A stretch of DNA of 64,000 bases, taken from assembly GCF_039935575.1 (NCBI RefSeq), contig NZ_JBDTKA010000111.1, positions 903 through 64,902 on the forward strand, written 5' to 3'. The notes under the pieces were generated by a model. That model ran no database searches and was not told where the DNA came from. It saw nothing but the letters and a program-made list of their open reading frames with translations. A program made the translations under genes and the position numbers. Shown here piece by piece: positions 19,011-30,622 of this stretch. Every line of letters begins with the position of its first letter. Position 1 is the first letter of the stretch. The stretch is from Lapillicoccus sp. (GTDB taxonomy: Bacteria > Actinomycetota > Actinomycetes > Actinomycetales > Dermatophilaceae).

Positions 19011-19891
19011 TGGCCCGGCTGCTCTTCGTCCACGCACACCCGGACGACGAGACGCTCACCTGCGGCATCACCATGGCGCACCACGTCGCGATTGGTGACG
19101 ACGTGCATACCCTCACCTGCACGCTCGGTGAGGAGGGCGAAGTCGTCCCGCCGGAGCTCGCCCACCTGCAGGGCGCCGAGGGCGACCCGCTCGGGCCGTG
19201 GCGCCGCGAGGAGCTGCGCACAGCGATGGACCGGCTCGGTGTGCAGCACGGGGTGCTCGGCGAGGAGCGGGCCGACGGGGGCGACGGCGGCGGCACCTGG
19301 CGAGACAGTGGGATGGCCGGTATGCCGTCGTGGAACCATCCGCGAGCGTTCGCCCGGGCGGACGTCGAACGGGTCGGGTTCCAGGTGGCGGAGCACCTGC
19401 GCCGGCTTCGGCCCGACGTCGTCGTCACCTATGACGCCACCGGGGGGTACGAGCACCCCGACCACATCCAGACCCACCGGGTGACCATGGCTGCGCTGCG
19501 CCAGCTCGGGCCTGAGGAGCGGCCCGCCTCCACCTTCCACATCCACACCCCGCGGTCCTGGGTCGCCCAGGACCGGGCCTGGCTGCGCGACCACGTGCCC
19601 GAGAACCTGGGCATCGCCGTCCCGGCTGCCGACGACCCGCTGATCGCCTCGACGGTGGACGACGACGTGGTCACGCACGCGGTCGACGACCCGGTGCATG
19701 TTCCCACCCAGATCGCGGCGCTCGACGCCCACCGCACCCAGCTGCGGGTCTGGGACGGCTGGTACTACGCCCTGACCAACGACGTCGCCGCACGGCTCGC
19801 CGGTCGCGAGGCGTTCGTGCGCGTCGACCCTCTCACGGGCGCTCGCGCGCACACCGGCCCCCTGGCCTACGAGCTGATGTCGCGTAGTTAG
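19010..19891 (+). CDS. mshB: PIG-L family deacetylase, MshB-like (mycothiol biosynthesis)
   Basis: TGATG overlap with the upstream stop. LLFVHAHPDDETL, TCTLGEEGEV, WRDSGMAG and GGYEHPDHIQTH motifs. Confidence 0.8.
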   Translation: MARLLFVHAHPDDETLTCGITMAHHVAIGDDVHTLTCTLGEEGEVVPPELAHLQGAEGDPLGPWRREELRTAMDRLGVQHGVLGEERADGGDGGGTWRDSGMAGMPSWNHPRAFARADVERVGFQVAEHLRRLRPDVVVTYDATGGYEHPDHIQTHRVTMAALRQLGPEERPASTFHIHTPRSWVAQDRAWLRDHVPENLGIAVPAADDPLIASTVDDDVVTHAVDDPVHVPTQIAALDAHRTQLRVWDGWYYALTNDVAARLAGREAFVRVDPLTGARAHTGPLAYELMSRS

Positions 19892-19985
19892 GCTCGACGG
19901 TCGTGCATGACTATCCCGAGCTGAGGCTGAGGCTGAACGGTGATCTCGACGTGGGCTCTGGGACGGCGCTCGAGCAGGTCGCCGC

Positions 19986-20510
19986 GTGACCTTCGACGAT
20001 GCGGACTCCTTCGGGTCCCTCGCGCTGCCCACGTCCGACGAGTACCGGCAGGCCATGGGGCGTCTGGTGAGCGGCGTGACCATCGTGACCACCAGAGCGG
20101 GCGGCCTCGACCATGCGATGACCGCCAACGCCGTGACCTCGGTGTCCCTCGAACCCCTGCTGCTGTTGGTCTGCGTCGAGCGCGAGGCCCGCTTCCACGA
20201 CGCGATCATCGAGTCGGGCGTGTGGGCCGTGAACATCCTGCCCGGTTCGGCTCGGCCCGCGGCCGACTGGCTGGCCACCCGAGGCCGACCGCTGCATGGG
20301 CAGCTGGACCGCGTGGCCCATCACGCCGGCCCGCGCACCGGCGTACCCCTTCTCGACGTCGTCCTCTCGACCGTCGAGTGCCGAACCACCGAGCTGATAG
20401 TGGCGGGCGACCATACGATCGTCGTGGGGGAGGTCCTGTCGGTGGACCTCGCCGAGCACCCGGGAGATGCGCTCGTGTACTACCGCGGCAGGTACGACAC
20501 TCTCTCGTGA
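19986..20510 (+). CDS. flavin reductase family protein
   Basis: VTIVTTRAGGLDHAMTANAVTSVSLEPLLLLVCV is typical of the HpaC-like flavin reductase domain. Confidence 0.8.
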   Translation: MTFDDADSFGSLALPTSDEYRQAMGRLVSGVTIVTTRAGGLDHAMTANAVTSVSLEPLLLLVCVEREARFHDAIIESGVWAVNILPGSARPAADWLATRGRPLHGQLDRVAHHAGPRTGVPLLDVVLSTVECRTTELIVAGDHTIVVGEVLSVDLAEHPGDALVYYRGRYDTLS

Positions 20511-21367
20511 ACCGGCTGGGTGTGCAGGTACCCGAGTGTCTGACGCTGCCGGTGCCGTATGACGCGGCCTGGATGCGCTGGTACCTCGAGGCACACGCGG
20601 TGCCAGGCGTCGAACGGTACGACGCGGACGGCTACACCCGCACCGTGCTGCTGACCGGTGGCCCGGCCCTGGTGTCCCTGCGTCTCGGCGATGACGTCGG
20701 GGTGGGGCTGCGGTTGACGCAGCAGACCGACCGCGCCGAGGCGATCGCCACCGTTCGGCGACTGCTCGACCTCGACAGTGACGGCCGGGCCGCAGACCTC
20801 GCCCTCGGTGCCGACCCAGCTCTGGCCGTGACGGTCGCGCAGGCGCCGGGAGTTCGGGTCCCGGGTGTCGTCGACGGGTGGGAGCTGCTGCTGCGCACGA
20901 TGGTGGGCCAGCAGATCTCCCTGGCGGCGGTGCGTACCCACCTCGGCCGGCTGGTGGTTTCGCTCGGACGGGCCGTCGGTGACCCCGCCGAGGGGTGGCG
21001 GCTGATGCCGACCGCGGAGGCGGTGGCCGAGCACGGCGCAGAGGTGCTGACGGGGCCGGGGCGCCGGGTGGCGGCGGTGGTTGGGGCCGCGGCGGCCGTG
21101 GCTGGAGAAGACCTCGTCCTCGAGCCTGACAGCGACCCGGTTGCGTTGCGGCGCAGCCTGATCGCGCTGCCCGGGATCGGACCGTGGACGGCCGACTACG
21201 TCGTCATGCGCCTCTGCCGAGACCCCGACGTCCTACTGTCGAGCGACCTCGTGGCTCGGCAGGGCGCCGCGGTGCTGGGAGTCGATCTGGCGGCGTCCGC
21301 CCGGTGGTCGCCGCACCGGTCGGTGGCGACGATGCACCTGTGGCGGGCGGCGCTCGCAGCCCGCTGA
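20507..21367 (+). CDS. alkA: DNA-3-methyladenine glycosylase II family (AlkA-like, HhH-GPD)
   Basis: GTGA overlap with the upstream stop (in-frame GTG of ORF 19940-21367). LLLRTMVGQQISLAAVRTHLGRLV and LPGIGPWTADYVVMR match the HhH-GPD pattern. Confidence 0.75.
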   Translation: MNRLGVQVPECLTLPVPYDAAWMRWYLEAHAVPGVERYDADGYTRTVLLTGGPALVSLRLGDDVGVGLRLTQQTDRAEAIATVRRLLDLDSDGRAADLALGADPALAVTVAQAPGVRVPGVVDGWELLLRTMVGQQISLAAVRTHLGRLVVSLGRAVGDPAEGWRLMPTAEAVAEHGAEVLTGPGRRVAAVVGAAAAVAGEDLVLEPDSDPVALRRSLIALPGIGPWTADYVVMRLCRDPDVLLSSDLVARQGAAVLGVDLAASARWSPHRSVATMHLWRAALAAR

Positions 21368-21392
21368 ACCGCGGTCGCCTTGTGCACCGCCC

Positions 21393-21518
21393 GGGGTTGC
21401 GTCCGACCAAGTGGTGGCCAGGGCGACCGAAACGTCGGACGCAGCGCGCGCCTTCGGGGTTGCGTCCGACCAAGTGGTGGCCAGGGCGACCGAAACGTCG
21501 GACGCAACGCGCGCCTTC
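21393..21518 (+). repeat. tandem duplication of a 63-bp palindrome-containing element (2 copies, 1 mismatch)
   Basis: Unit is ggggttgcgtccgaccaagtggtggccagggcgaccgaaacgtcggacgca(a/g)cgcgcgccttc. Each unit has 12-nt inverted arms, gttgcgtccgac / gtcggacgcaac (perfect in unit 2, one mismatch in unit 1), around a 26-nt loop. Confidence 0.9.
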
Positions 21519-21544
21519 AACAGCGGCAACGCGCCTCTGCAGCA

Positions 21545-22489
21545 CTACCGATCGCGTACGCCTGACCATCCTCGTGCTCGCAGGACGGCACCGACCCGGG
21601 CCATCGCTTCGTCGGGCCGAGCCCTCAGCGTGAGCACCGAGAGCTCGATGACCGTCTCGCCACGCAGCTGCAGGTCGATCGCGCGGAAGTTGTCCTTGAG
21701 GATCTGTTCCACTCGTCCGTGGCCGATCCCGTTGACCTCGAGGGCCACGCCGTACCGATCCCACGAGACGTCGAGATAGCACCGCCCCTCGGGCGTGCGG
21801 GCCACCAGCTGCCGAGTGGGCTCCGGCAGTCCGTGTGATCGGCACAGCGCGGCGAAGTCGAGCTCGTTGAGCGACTGTGCGCCGTCGATCACATCGCCCA
21901 GTGCTGCTCGAAGAACGGCCGCGTACCGGTGACGCTTCACGCGGCTCAGCTCGACTGCGACATCGGCGGCTCGGGCGATGCGCTGCTGGACGGGCATGAC
22001 CAAAGCGAGTACCGCCTGTCGGGGGGTGGACGCCCACAAAGCCGCCTGGATGGTGGCAACCGAAGACGTCGACCTGCGAATGCCCGCCGGCATCACGTCG
22101 ACCTCGTTCCACCGCCGCGTCTCGTGGACGACGATCCCGTTGGTCCGAACGACCCTGGACGACTTGCGAACCCAGATGTGCATCCGCTCCTCGCAGTACC
22201 CCTCCAACCCTGCTGCGTGCAGCGCCGTGATCCCTCCCAGTGCGGCATCGGTCCCGCTCACCGCGACGGCGGACCACCATCGCGAAAGCTGTTCGTCGTC
22301 GTGGGCCAGGAGCACACCCCGGTATGGCACGCAAGACCAGCGCCCGCCGGCCACCTGCGCGCGCTGACGACCTCGCGAGACGCCGAGCTCGCGTAGCTGG
22401 GCTACCCGGACCAGGCCTCCCTGTATATCGGCGAGTTCGGACACGGCTGAGTCGCGTCGCCGCTGACTCGCTTCTTTTCGTTGACCCAT
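21545..22489 (-). CDS. DUF559 / restriction-endonuclease-fold protein with N-terminal AbiEi-like HTH region
   Basis: GLVRVAQLRELGVSRGRQRAQVAGGRW at the N-terminus. C-terminal DVSWDRYGVALEVNGIGHGRVEQILKDNFRAIDLQLRGETVIEL matches the DUF559 pattern common in Actinobacteria. Confidence 0.7.
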   Translation of the reverse strand: MGQRKEASQRRRDSAVSELADIQGGLVRVAQLRELGVSRGRQRAQVAGGRWSCVPYRGVLLAHDDEQLSRWWSAVAVSGTDAALGGITALHAAGLEGYCEERMHIWVRKSSRVVRTNGIVVHETRRWNEVDVMPAGIRRSTSSVATIQAALWASTPRQAVLALVMPVQQRIARAADVAVELSRVKRHRYAAVLRAALGDVIDGAQSLNELDFAALCRSHGLPEPTRQLVARTPEGRCYLDVSWDRYGVALEVNGIGHGRVEQILKDNFRAIDLQLRGETVIELSVLTLRARPDEAMARVGAVLRARGWSGVRDR

Positions 22490-22585
22490 GAGGGCGATCG
22501 TGCTGGTTCATCGAGAGCGGCGCGGGTGGCGTCGTCGGCGCTGTGGACTGTGGGACAAACGCGTTGTGGGATGTGGAAAACGACC

Positions 22586-22696
22586 GCGTCCGGCAAAGTG
22601 GTGGCCAGGACTACCGAAACGTCGGACGCAACGCACCGACCGTTGGGTTGCGTCCGACGAAGTGGCGGCCAGGGCTACCGAAACGTCGGACGCAAC
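22586..22696 (+). repeat. two further copies (one imperfect, one perfect) of the same palindromic element
   Basis: gcgtccggcaaagtggtggccaggactaccgaaacgtcggacgcaac, then gttgcgtccgacgaagtggcggccagggctaccgaaacgtcggacgcaac. Same orientation as the copies at 21393-21518. Confidence 0.85.
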
Positions 22697-22734
22697 AGGC
22701 GCGCTCGTGGGGCCTCCGCGCGGAGACGTGGGCC

Positions 22735-23769
22735 TCAGCGCGACAGGTAGACGTACGTGTGGTGGGTCGTGAACCCCACCGAGCGGTACAGCGCGATGGC
22801 CGCGTCGTTGTCCTGCTCTACCTGGAGGAACATCGACGGCATCCGGTTGTCCCGGGCCAGGGCCGCCAGGGCCTGGACCAGGGTCCGTCCCGTGCCGCGG
22901 CCCCGCCGATCCGGGTCGACCCACAGTGCCTGGAGGCCGCCCCAGCCGGGGTGCACCGACATCCTGGCGACGGCGACGACGCGCCCACCCTTGGCGGTGA
23001 CCGACGCGAACAGCTGGCCGGCCGAGCTCGTGAGCAGCTGCTCCGTCACGCCCGGCACGATCGTTCGCTGCCGCGCGTATGCCTCGAGCCAGGGCATCGT
23101 CAGGCTCGCGTCGACGGTCACGAGGACGGACGACTCCGTCAGCGCGGTCACGTCGGAGCTTGCGCCGGTCATGACGAGGGTGGGCAGCCGGACGGTGTAA
23201 CCGCGGCTCATCAGCTGCGCGCCCAGCGCCCCCTCTGCGGCCTCGCCACCGGCCGGGAGGGGCAACTGCCACTTCGGGGGAAGATCGCGGGCAGCATACC
23301 AGCGCTCGGCCGAACTGATCGCGGCGTCGAGGGTGCCGCCTGGCTCACCCAGGGACAGAACCGAGTTGCCGCGGTGCGTGAACCCGCTGGACGCGCGCAG
23401 CAGCCAGCCTCCCTGCCACTCCTCCTCGACCGCGCGCCACCCGTCGGACATCACGCGTTCGAGGTCGGTGGCCCCGATCGCCTGGTGCGGCCGCCCGCGT
23501 CGGACTGGAGCGGGCGGCACCGCCTTGACGGCGACGAAGTCGGCCCGGGCGACCACCACCTCGCCTCTCACGGTGGCGACCGTCACCGAGATGTCGTCGA
23601 GCGCAACGACCGTGCCGACGACGTCGGTCAGCGGGGGATGCGACCCGGCGGGTCGGCGGTGTCGGACGACCACCCGCTGGCCCACCCGCAGCGGGTTGTC
23701 CGAAGCGACGTGGCGGCCGCGCGAAGGGCCGTAGCGGTCCGCCGGGCCGCCGGTCGGTGGGGTGCTCAT
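22735..23769 (-). CDS. GNAT-family N-acetyltransferase
   Basis: Internal ATG (MSTPPTG) of ORF 22735-23868. C-terminal acetyl-CoA motif RRGRGTGRTLVQAL...IALYRSVGF. Confidence 0.7.
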   Translation of the reverse strand: MSTPPTGGPADRYGPSRGRHVASDNPLRVGQRVVVRHRRPAGSHPPLTDVVGTVVALDDISVTVATVRGEVVVARADFVAVKAVPPAPVRRGRPHQAIGATDLERVMSDGWRAVEEEWQGGWLLRASSGFTHRGNSVLSLGEPGGTLDAAISSAERWYAARDLPPKWQLPLPAGGEAAEGALGAQLMSRGYTVRLPTLVMTGASSDVTALTESSVLVTVDASLTMPWLEAYARQRTIVPGVTEQLLTSSAGQLFASVTAKGGRVVAVARMSVHPGWGGLQALWVDPDRRGRGTGRTLVQALAALARDNRMPSMFLQVEQDNDAAIALYRSVGFTTHHTYVYLSR

Positions 23770-23897
23770 CGACGCTCCAGGTGGGGTCGGGAAGGCGGGG
23801 GACGACGCCCGCCGAAGCGGCCCCGCCCGCCGCGGACAGCGACGAGTCGGCATACTAGGTGGTGACACCGATCGCCCGGCAGGAGGACCACCGTTCC

Positions 23898-24221
23898 ATG
23901 ACCTACGTCATCGCCCAACCGTGCGTCGACCTCAAGGACAAGGCGTGCATCGACGAGTGCCCGGTCGACTGCATCTACGAAGGTGAGCGCTCGCTCTACA
24001 TCCACCCCGACGAGTGCGTCGACTGTGGTGCCTGCGAACCGGTCTGTCCTGTCGAGGCGATCTACTACGAGGACGACGTCCCCGAGCAGTGGGCCGACTA
24101 CTACAAGGCCAACGTCGAGTTCTTCGACGACCTGGGCAGTCCCGGTGGAGCCGCAAAGATGGGCGTCATCGCCAAGGACCACCCGATCATCGAGGCGCTG
24201 CCGCCGCAGGAGCACGAGTGA
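23898..24221 (+). CDS. fdxA: 7Fe ferredoxin
   Basis: aggagg at 23881-23886. [29 protein letters not shown]...[16 protein letters not shown] carries the [3Fe-4S][4Fe-4S] cysteine pattern. Confidence 0.9.
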   Translation: MTYVIAQPCVDLKDKACIDECPVDCIYEGERSLYIHPDECVDCGACEPVCPVEAIYYEDDVPEQWADYYKANVEFFDDLGSPGGAAKMGVIAKDHPIIEALPPQEHE

Positions 24222-24242
24222 CCCGATGACCGTGCTCGTCAG

Positions 24243-25340
24243 GTGATCTCGGCCCTTCCTGACTTCCCCTGGGACTCGCTCGCGGCATACAAGCAGATCG
24301 CCTCGCGGCACCCGGGCGGGATCGTGGACCTCTCGGTCGGTACCCCGGTCGACCCCACTCCGCTCGTCGTCCAGGAGGCGCTCGCGGCTGCCTCCGACGC
24401 GCCCGGCTACCCCCAGACCTGGGGTACGCCGACGCTCCGTGAGGCTGTCGCCGCCTGGTTCGCCCGGCGGCGCGGGGTGCCCGACGTCGACCCGGACGGG
24501 GTGCTGCCGACGATCGGCAGCAAGGAGCTCGTGGCGTGGCTGCCGACGTTGCTGGGGCTGGGTTCCGGTGACGTGGTGGGCATTCCCGCGGTGGCGTACC
24601 CGACCTACGACGTCGGCGCACGCCTCGCCGGGGCGCGGCCGGTCGTGGTCGATGGGTTCGCGGCATACGGTCCGCAGACCACGGCCACCCGTCCTCGGCT
24701 GCTTTGGGTCAACAGCCCGAGCAACCCCACCGGTCAGGTGCTCGGTGTCGCGCACCTCGCCAAGGTGGTCGCCTGGGCACGCCAGAACGGCGTCGTGGTC
24801 GCGTCCGACGAGTGTTACGCCGAGCTCGGCTGGGACGGCGAACCCGTCCCAAGCATCCTCGACCCGCGCGTCTGCGGCGGGAGCCACGAAGGGCTGCTCG
24901 CGGTCTACTCGCTGTCCAAACAGTCCAACCTCGCGGGTTACCGGGCAGCGTTCGCCGCCGGCGACCCTGCCCTGGTGGCCCGCCTGCTCGAGGTCCGCAG
25001 GCACGCGGGGATGATCGTCCCCTGGCCGGTGCAGTGCGCGATGGTCGCGGCGCTGGGCGACGACGGGCACGTGGTCGAACAACGGACCCGGTATGCGTCG
25101 CGGCGCGAGATCCTGCGAGATGCGTTGCAGCGCGCGGGCTTTCGGATCGACCTGTCGAGTGCCGGTCTCTACCTGTGGGCGACGCAGGGGGATGGCTGTT
25201 GGGAGAGTCTTGCCTGGCTCGCCGACCGCGGTGTGCTCGTGGCTCCCGGTTCGTTCTACGGCGCCCGAGGGGAGCGCCACGTCCGGGTGGCCCTCACAGC
25301 GACCGACGAGCGCGTCGCGTCGGCGGCGCAGCGCTGGTGA
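24243..25340 (+). CDS. dapC: succinyldiaminopimelate aminotransferase (class I PLP aminotransferase)
   Basis: LPDFPWDSLAAYK...DLSVGTPVDPTP, NSPSNPTG and YSLSKQSNLAGYRA (PLP lysine motif). Follows fdxA, as is typical in Actinobacteria. Confidence 0.8.
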   Translation: MISALPDFPWDSLAAYKQIASRHPGGIVDLSVGTPVDPTPLVVQEALAAASDAPGYPQTWGTPTLREAVAAWFARRRGVPDVDPDGVLPTIGSKELVAWLPTLLGLGSGDVVGIPAVAYPTYDVGARLAGARPVVVDGFAAYGPQTTATRPRLLWVNSPSNPTGQVLGVAHLAKVVAWARQNGVVVASDECYAELGWDGEPVPSILDPRVCGGSHEGLLAVYSLSKQSNLAGYRAAFAAGDPALVARLLEVRRHAGMIVPWPVQCAMVAALGDDGHVVEQRTRYASRREILRDALQRAGFRIDLSSAGLYLWATQGDGCWESLAWLADRGVLVAPGSFYGARGERHVRVALTATDERVASAAQRW

Positions 25341-25434
25341 CGGACTCCACATACTGCGGATACCTACTCTGGGGTAGCGTCGGGTCCGCGTCTGGCACTG
25401 TCGAAGTCGCCGGGCACCAAGGAGGAAGCCACCG

Positions 25435-26730
<1,296 letters not shown>

Positions 26731-26743
26731 CGCTCGCCACCCG

Positions 26744-27682
26744 TCAGGGCTGGACGCCGCCGAGCCGGATCGTCACCGTCGTGGCGGTGCCGCCCGCCGA
26801 CATCGGCGCGCCGGACGTCCAGGTCCCCGGATCGTCGAGCCGGGACCACACCCGGTCACCCACCTGAACCCGGTCGACGCCGTAGGAGTCGGCCCGCGCG
26901 ACTGCCCACTGCGCGGCGCCCCAGGCCTGTTCTGCTGAGGCCGCGGTCACGGTGAGAACGGCTCCGTCGACGGTCGAGGCGATGCCGTACTGGTTGCTCA
27001 GGTCGGCGGCCACCGCCGCCGAGTCGGACCCGGACTCGATGGCCCCCGGGTCGCAGACGAGTCCGGCGGGGGAGTGTCCGCGCAGTGTCGAGGCCAGGAT
27101 CCGCCCCTCCTGCTCGTGGTCGGCATACGCGAGGGGGTAGGCAGATCTCTGGACTGCCTGCGCGACCTTGGTGATCTCCATCGACTCGTAGCCCTCGATC
27201 TTCACCAGCGCGTCGTAGAACTTGTTGGTCGAGTAGACCGGGTCGAGGACCTGGTCGCGGGTGCCCCAGCCCATGCTCGGGCGCTGCTGGAAGAGTCCGA
27301 CCGAGTCGCGGTCGCCGAAGGTCAGGTTGCGCAGCTTCGACTCCTGGATGGCCGTCGCGATGGCGATCGTCGCCGCCCGCGCCGGCAGGCCGCGCTTCTC
27401 CGAGACGGCCGCGATGAGCGCGGCGTTAGCGGTCTGCTCGGTGCTGAACCGCACGGTCGCGCCAGCCGCCGTGGCCGAGCACGTGGACCCGCTCGCGCTC
27501 CGGCCCAAGGCGTTCACCGCCCAATAACCGGCCGCGCCGACCCCGGCGACGACCGCGAGGATCACCGCAACGCCCACCCAGCCACCGCGTCGGCGGCGAC
27601 GGCGCGGCTGCCGTTCAGGGGAAGCAGGTTTGGGCACGGGAACGTCGGAGGGCAGGTTCCCGCGGTCCTCAGACGTTCGCAT
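26744..27682 (-). CDS. membrane-anchored conserved actinobacterial protein, unknown function
   Basis: Arg-rich N-terminus, one TM helix ([22 protein letters not shown]), and the conserved block [30 protein letters not shown]. Confidence 0.6.
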   Translation of the reverse strand: MRTSEDRGNLPSDVPVPKPASPERQPRRRRRRGGWVGVAVILAVVAGVGAAGYWAVNALGRSASGSTCSATAAGATVRFSTEQTANAALIAAVSEKRGLPARAATIAIATAIQESKLRNLTFGDRDSVGLFQQRPSMGWGTRDQVLDPVYSTNKFYDALVKIEGYESMEITKVAQAVQRSAYPLAYADHEQEGRILASTLRGHSPAGLVCDPGAIESGSDSAAVAADLSNQYGIASTVDGAVLTVTAASAEQAWGAAQWAVARADSYGVDRVQVGDRVWSRLDDPGTWTSGAPMSAGGTATTVTIRLGGVQP

Positions 27683-28637
27683 GGAGAGCGTCGTTCAAGG
27701 TAATCCCCGCGCCCGACCGGTCGCGCACCTCGACGGTCCCCGTGACCGAGTTGCGGATGAAGAGCAGGTTGTCGCGCCCGGACAGCTCCTTGGCCTTGGC
27801 CACCGAACCGTCCGGGAGGGTGACCTTGGTGCCCGCCGTGACGTAGAGACCCGCCTCGACGACACAGTCGTCGCCCAGCGCGATCCCGAGACCCGACTGG
27901 GCCCCGAGCAGACAGCGCTTGCCGACGCGGACCCGATCGGTCCCGCCTCCGGACAGCGTGCCCATGATGGACGCGCCACCGCCGATGTCGGAGCCGTCGT
28001 CGACGACCACGCCCTGCACGATCCGGCCCTCGACCATCGAGGCGCCGAGGGTTCCCGCGTTGTAGTTGCAGAAACCCTCGTGCATGACCGTAGTCCCGGG
28101 CGCGAGATGGGCGCCCAGCCGGACGCGAGCGGCGTCGGCGATCCGCACCCCGCTCGGCACCACGTAGTCGGTCATCCGCGGGAACTTGTCGACCGAGAGC
28201 ACCTGGACCGGACCCCGACGGCGCAGCCGCATCCGGGTCTGCTCGAACCCCTCGACCGCACACGGCCCGACGTTGGTCCACACCACGTTGGGGAGCACGC
28301 CGAAAATCCCGTCGAGGTTGATCGTGTTGGGCTGCACGAGACGGTGCGAGAGCAGGTGCAGGCGCAGGTATGCGTCGACCGCACTCTGGGGCGCGGTGTC
28401 CAGGTCGATCTCGACGGTCACGGTCACGACGCGAACCCCTCGGTCGTCGTCGCGGGACTCCATCGCTCTCAGCTCTGCGGGCATCAGCCCACGGCCACCA
28501 CCGGCGTCGTCAGTGCCGAGCCGCGGCTCGGGGAACCAGGCGTCCAGGACCCGAGCGGCGGCCCCGGGAGGGACACCGACGACCTGCTCCGTGGCCAGAC
28601 CATGGCCCCAGGCGTGGCGCGGTCCCTCGGATGTCAT
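27669..28637 (-). CDS. dapD: 2,3,4,5-tetrahydropyridine-2,6-dicarboxylate N-succinyltransferase
   Basis: Internal ATG ([11 protein letters not shown]) of ORF 27669-29183. Hexapeptide-repeat C-terminus ([32 protein letters not shown]...). Divergent from dapE. Confidence 0.85.
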   Translation of the reverse strand: MTSEGPRHAWGHGLATEQVVGVPPGAAARVLDAWFPEPRLGTDDAGGGRGLMPAELRAMESRDDDRGVRVVTVTVEIDLDTAPQSAVDAYLRLHLLSHRLVQPNTINLDGIFGVLPNVVWTNVGPCAVEGFEQTRMRLRRRGPVQVLSVDKFPRMTDYVVPSGVRIADAARVRLGAHLAPGTTVMHEGFCNYNAGTLGASMVEGRIVQGVVVDDGSDIGGGASIMGTLSGGGTDRVRVGKRCLLGAQSGLGIALGDDCVVEAGLYVTAGTKVTLPDGSVAKAKELSGRDNLLFIRNSVTGTVEVRDRSGAGITLNDALHANV

Positions 28638-28733
28638 GCCGGAAAGACTAACGGCGAGCGTCGAAGGTTCCGGCCCATCGGTAACCCCCTTGAGCGACCT
28701 CGGCGCATGCTCGCACCCCGGTAACCTGCGCTC

Positions 28734-29816
28734 ATGCCACACCTCGACCTGGATCTCGACGTCGTCTCCCTGACCGCGGCCCTGTGCGACATCCCCTCGG
28801 TCAGCAGGGACGAGGACGCCGTGGCGACGGCGATCGAGGACGCCCTGGCGACCCTCACCCACCTCACGGTGACCCGGCACGGCAACACCGTGGTCGCCCG
28901 GACCGAGCTCGGGCGCGCCACGCGGGTCGTCCTCGCCGGTCACATCGACACCGTCCCGCTGACCGAGCCGCCCAACCTGCCGACGACGCGGACCACCCGA
29001 ACGACTGTGGAGCCTGCGGAGCTGGTGGGGCGCGGCACCGTCGACATGAAGGGCGGGGTCGCCGTACAGCTGCGGTTGGCCCGACAAGTGACCGACCCGC
29101 ACGTCGACCTCACCTATGTCTTCTACGAGGGTGAGGAGATCGACGGCGAGTTCAACGGGCTGGCCCACCTCGCCGCCGACCACCCCGACCTGATCGCCGG
29201 CGACTTCGCGGTGCTGCTCGAACCGACGAACGGCTCCATCGAGGGCGGCTGCAAGGGCACGCTGCGTGCCGACATCGCCCTGTTAGGTCTCGCCGCCCAC
29301 TCGGCTCGGCCCTGGAACGGGCACAACGCGATCCACGACGCTGCCGTGGTTCTCGACCGCCTCGTCGCCCACCAGGCGCAGACGGTCACGGTCGACGGGC
29401 TCGAGTACCACGAGGCGCTGCAGGCGGTCGGCATCAGCGGAGGGATCGCGGGCAACGTCATCCCCGACCGGTGCGTCGTGACGGTGAACTACCGGTATGC
29501 GCCCGACAAGTCGGGTGCCGACGCCGTCGCCTACGTCCGCGGCGTCTTCGACGGGTTCGACGTGCAGGTGCAGGACAACGCGCCCGGCGCCCGGCCGGGT
29601 TTGGACCTGCCCGCGGCCAAGGCGTTCGTCGAGGCGCTTGGCGTCCCAGTCGGTCCCAAGGAGGGCTGGACCGACGTGGCCCGGTTCTCGGCCCTGGGTG
29701 TCCCGGCTGTGAACTTCGGTCCCGGCGACCCGAACCGGGCCCACGCCGACGACGAACGTGCCCCTCTACAGCAGTTCGTCGACGCCGAGCGGGCGATGCT
29801 GCGGTGGCTCGCGTGA
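28734..29816 (+). CDS. dapE: succinyl-diaminopimelate desuccinylase (M20 peptidase family)
   Basis: [30 protein letters not shown] and EPTN motifs. Confidence 0.85.
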   Translation: MPHLDLDLDVVSLTAALCDIPSVSRDEDAVATAIEDALATLTHLTVTRHGNTVVARTELGRATRVVLAGHIDTVPLTEPPNLPTTRTTRTTVEPAELVGRGTVDMKGGVAVQLRLARQVTDPHVDLTYVFYEGEEIDGEFNGLAHLAADHPDLIAGDFAVLLEPTNGSIEGGCKGTLRADIALLGLAAHSARPWNGHNAIHDAAVVLDRLVAHQAQTVTVDGLEYHEALQAVGISGGIAGNVIPDRCVVTVNYRYAPDKSGADAVAYVRGVFDGFDVQVQDNAPGARPGLDLPAAKAFVEALGVPVGPKEGWTDVARFSALGVPAVNFGPGDPNRAHADDERAPLQQFVDAERAMLRWLA

Positions 29817-30622
29817 GCGAACCAGCCGAGCCCAGCGAGCCGGACGACCGGCGCGAGCGGCAGACGGGCCCGGTCACCCTGCGCGGCGACCAGGTCCCCG
29901 CGACCACGACCGACCAGCGGCTGCTGGACAGTCGCCCGACGGGCCACGGCGCCGACTGGTTGCACACCGATCCCTGGCGGGTGCTGCGCATCCAGTCGGA
30001 GTTCGTCGAGGGTTTTGGCGCCCTTGCCGAGCTGGGGCCGGCCGTCAGCGTCTTCGGCTCCGCGCGGACGCGACCCGGCGATCCGGCATACGAGCTCGGG
30101 GTGCAGGTCGGTCGAGCTCTGGTAGAGGCGGGGTATGCCGTCATCACCGGCGGCGGTCCAGGCTCGATGGAGGCGGCGAACCGCGGCGCGCACGAGGCGG
30201 GCGGGACGTCCGTCGGGCTCGGGATCGAGCTGCCCTACGAGACCGGGCTCAATGAGTACGTCGACCTCGGCGTCAACTTTCGCTATTTCTTCGCCCGCAA
30301 GACGATGTTCGTGAAGTACGCCCAGGGTTTCATCGTGCTGCCCGGTGGGTTCGGCACGCTGGACGAGCTGTTCGAGGCGCTCACCCTGGTGCAGACCCGC
30401 AAGGTGACGTCCTTCCCCGTCGTCCTGATGGGAACGGCCTACTGGGGTGGGCTGGTCGACTGGCTTCGGTCATCCGCCCTCAGCCACGGCACCATCAGCC
30501 CGGCGGACGTGGAGCTGGTGCACGTCACCGACGACGTCGCCGACGCGGTCCGCACCGTGTCGACCTGGGACGACCAGGTCCGGCCATGGAACCCAGCACG
30601 GCGTGGGACCATCGACCGGTGA
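29813..30622 (+). CDS. LOG-family (TIGR00730) nucleotide phosphoribohydrolase
   Basis: GTGA overlap with the dapE stop. VFGSARTRPGDP, ITGGGPGSMEAANRGA and LPGGFGTLDELFE motifs. Confidence 0.85.
   Translation: MSEPAEPSEPDDRRERQTGPVTLRGDQVPATTTDQRLLDSRPTGHGADWLHTDPWRVLRIQSEFVEGFGALAELGPAVSVFGSARTRPGDPAYELGVQVGRALVEAGYAVITGGGPGSMEAANRGAHEAGGTSVGLGIELPYETGLNEYVDLGVNFRYFFARKTMFVKYAQGFIVLPGGFGTLDELFEALTLVQTRKVTSFPVVLMGTAYWGGLVDWLRSSALSHGTISPADVELVHVTDDVADAVRTVSTWDDQVRPWNPARRGTIDR

Noticed and set aside
21184-21633. ORFs translating the repeats into RPTKWWPGRPKRRTQRAPS duplicated peptides, and the 435-aa ORF 21204-22511.
   Set aside because: The peptide repeat is simply the translation of the 63-bp DNA repeat, and the same DNA is open in several frames and on both strands. 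The DUF559 frame (21545-22489) is the only one with a recognisable protein pattern.
21393-22696. The palindromic repeats as a CRISPR array, or as integron attC sites flanking a cassette.
   Set aside because: The copies are directly adjacent with no unique spacers of regular length, and no cas or intI gene is in the window. The arms (GTTGCGT.../...ACGCAAC) do not fit the attC R'/R'' consensus well. A REP/MITE-like element is the more economical reading.
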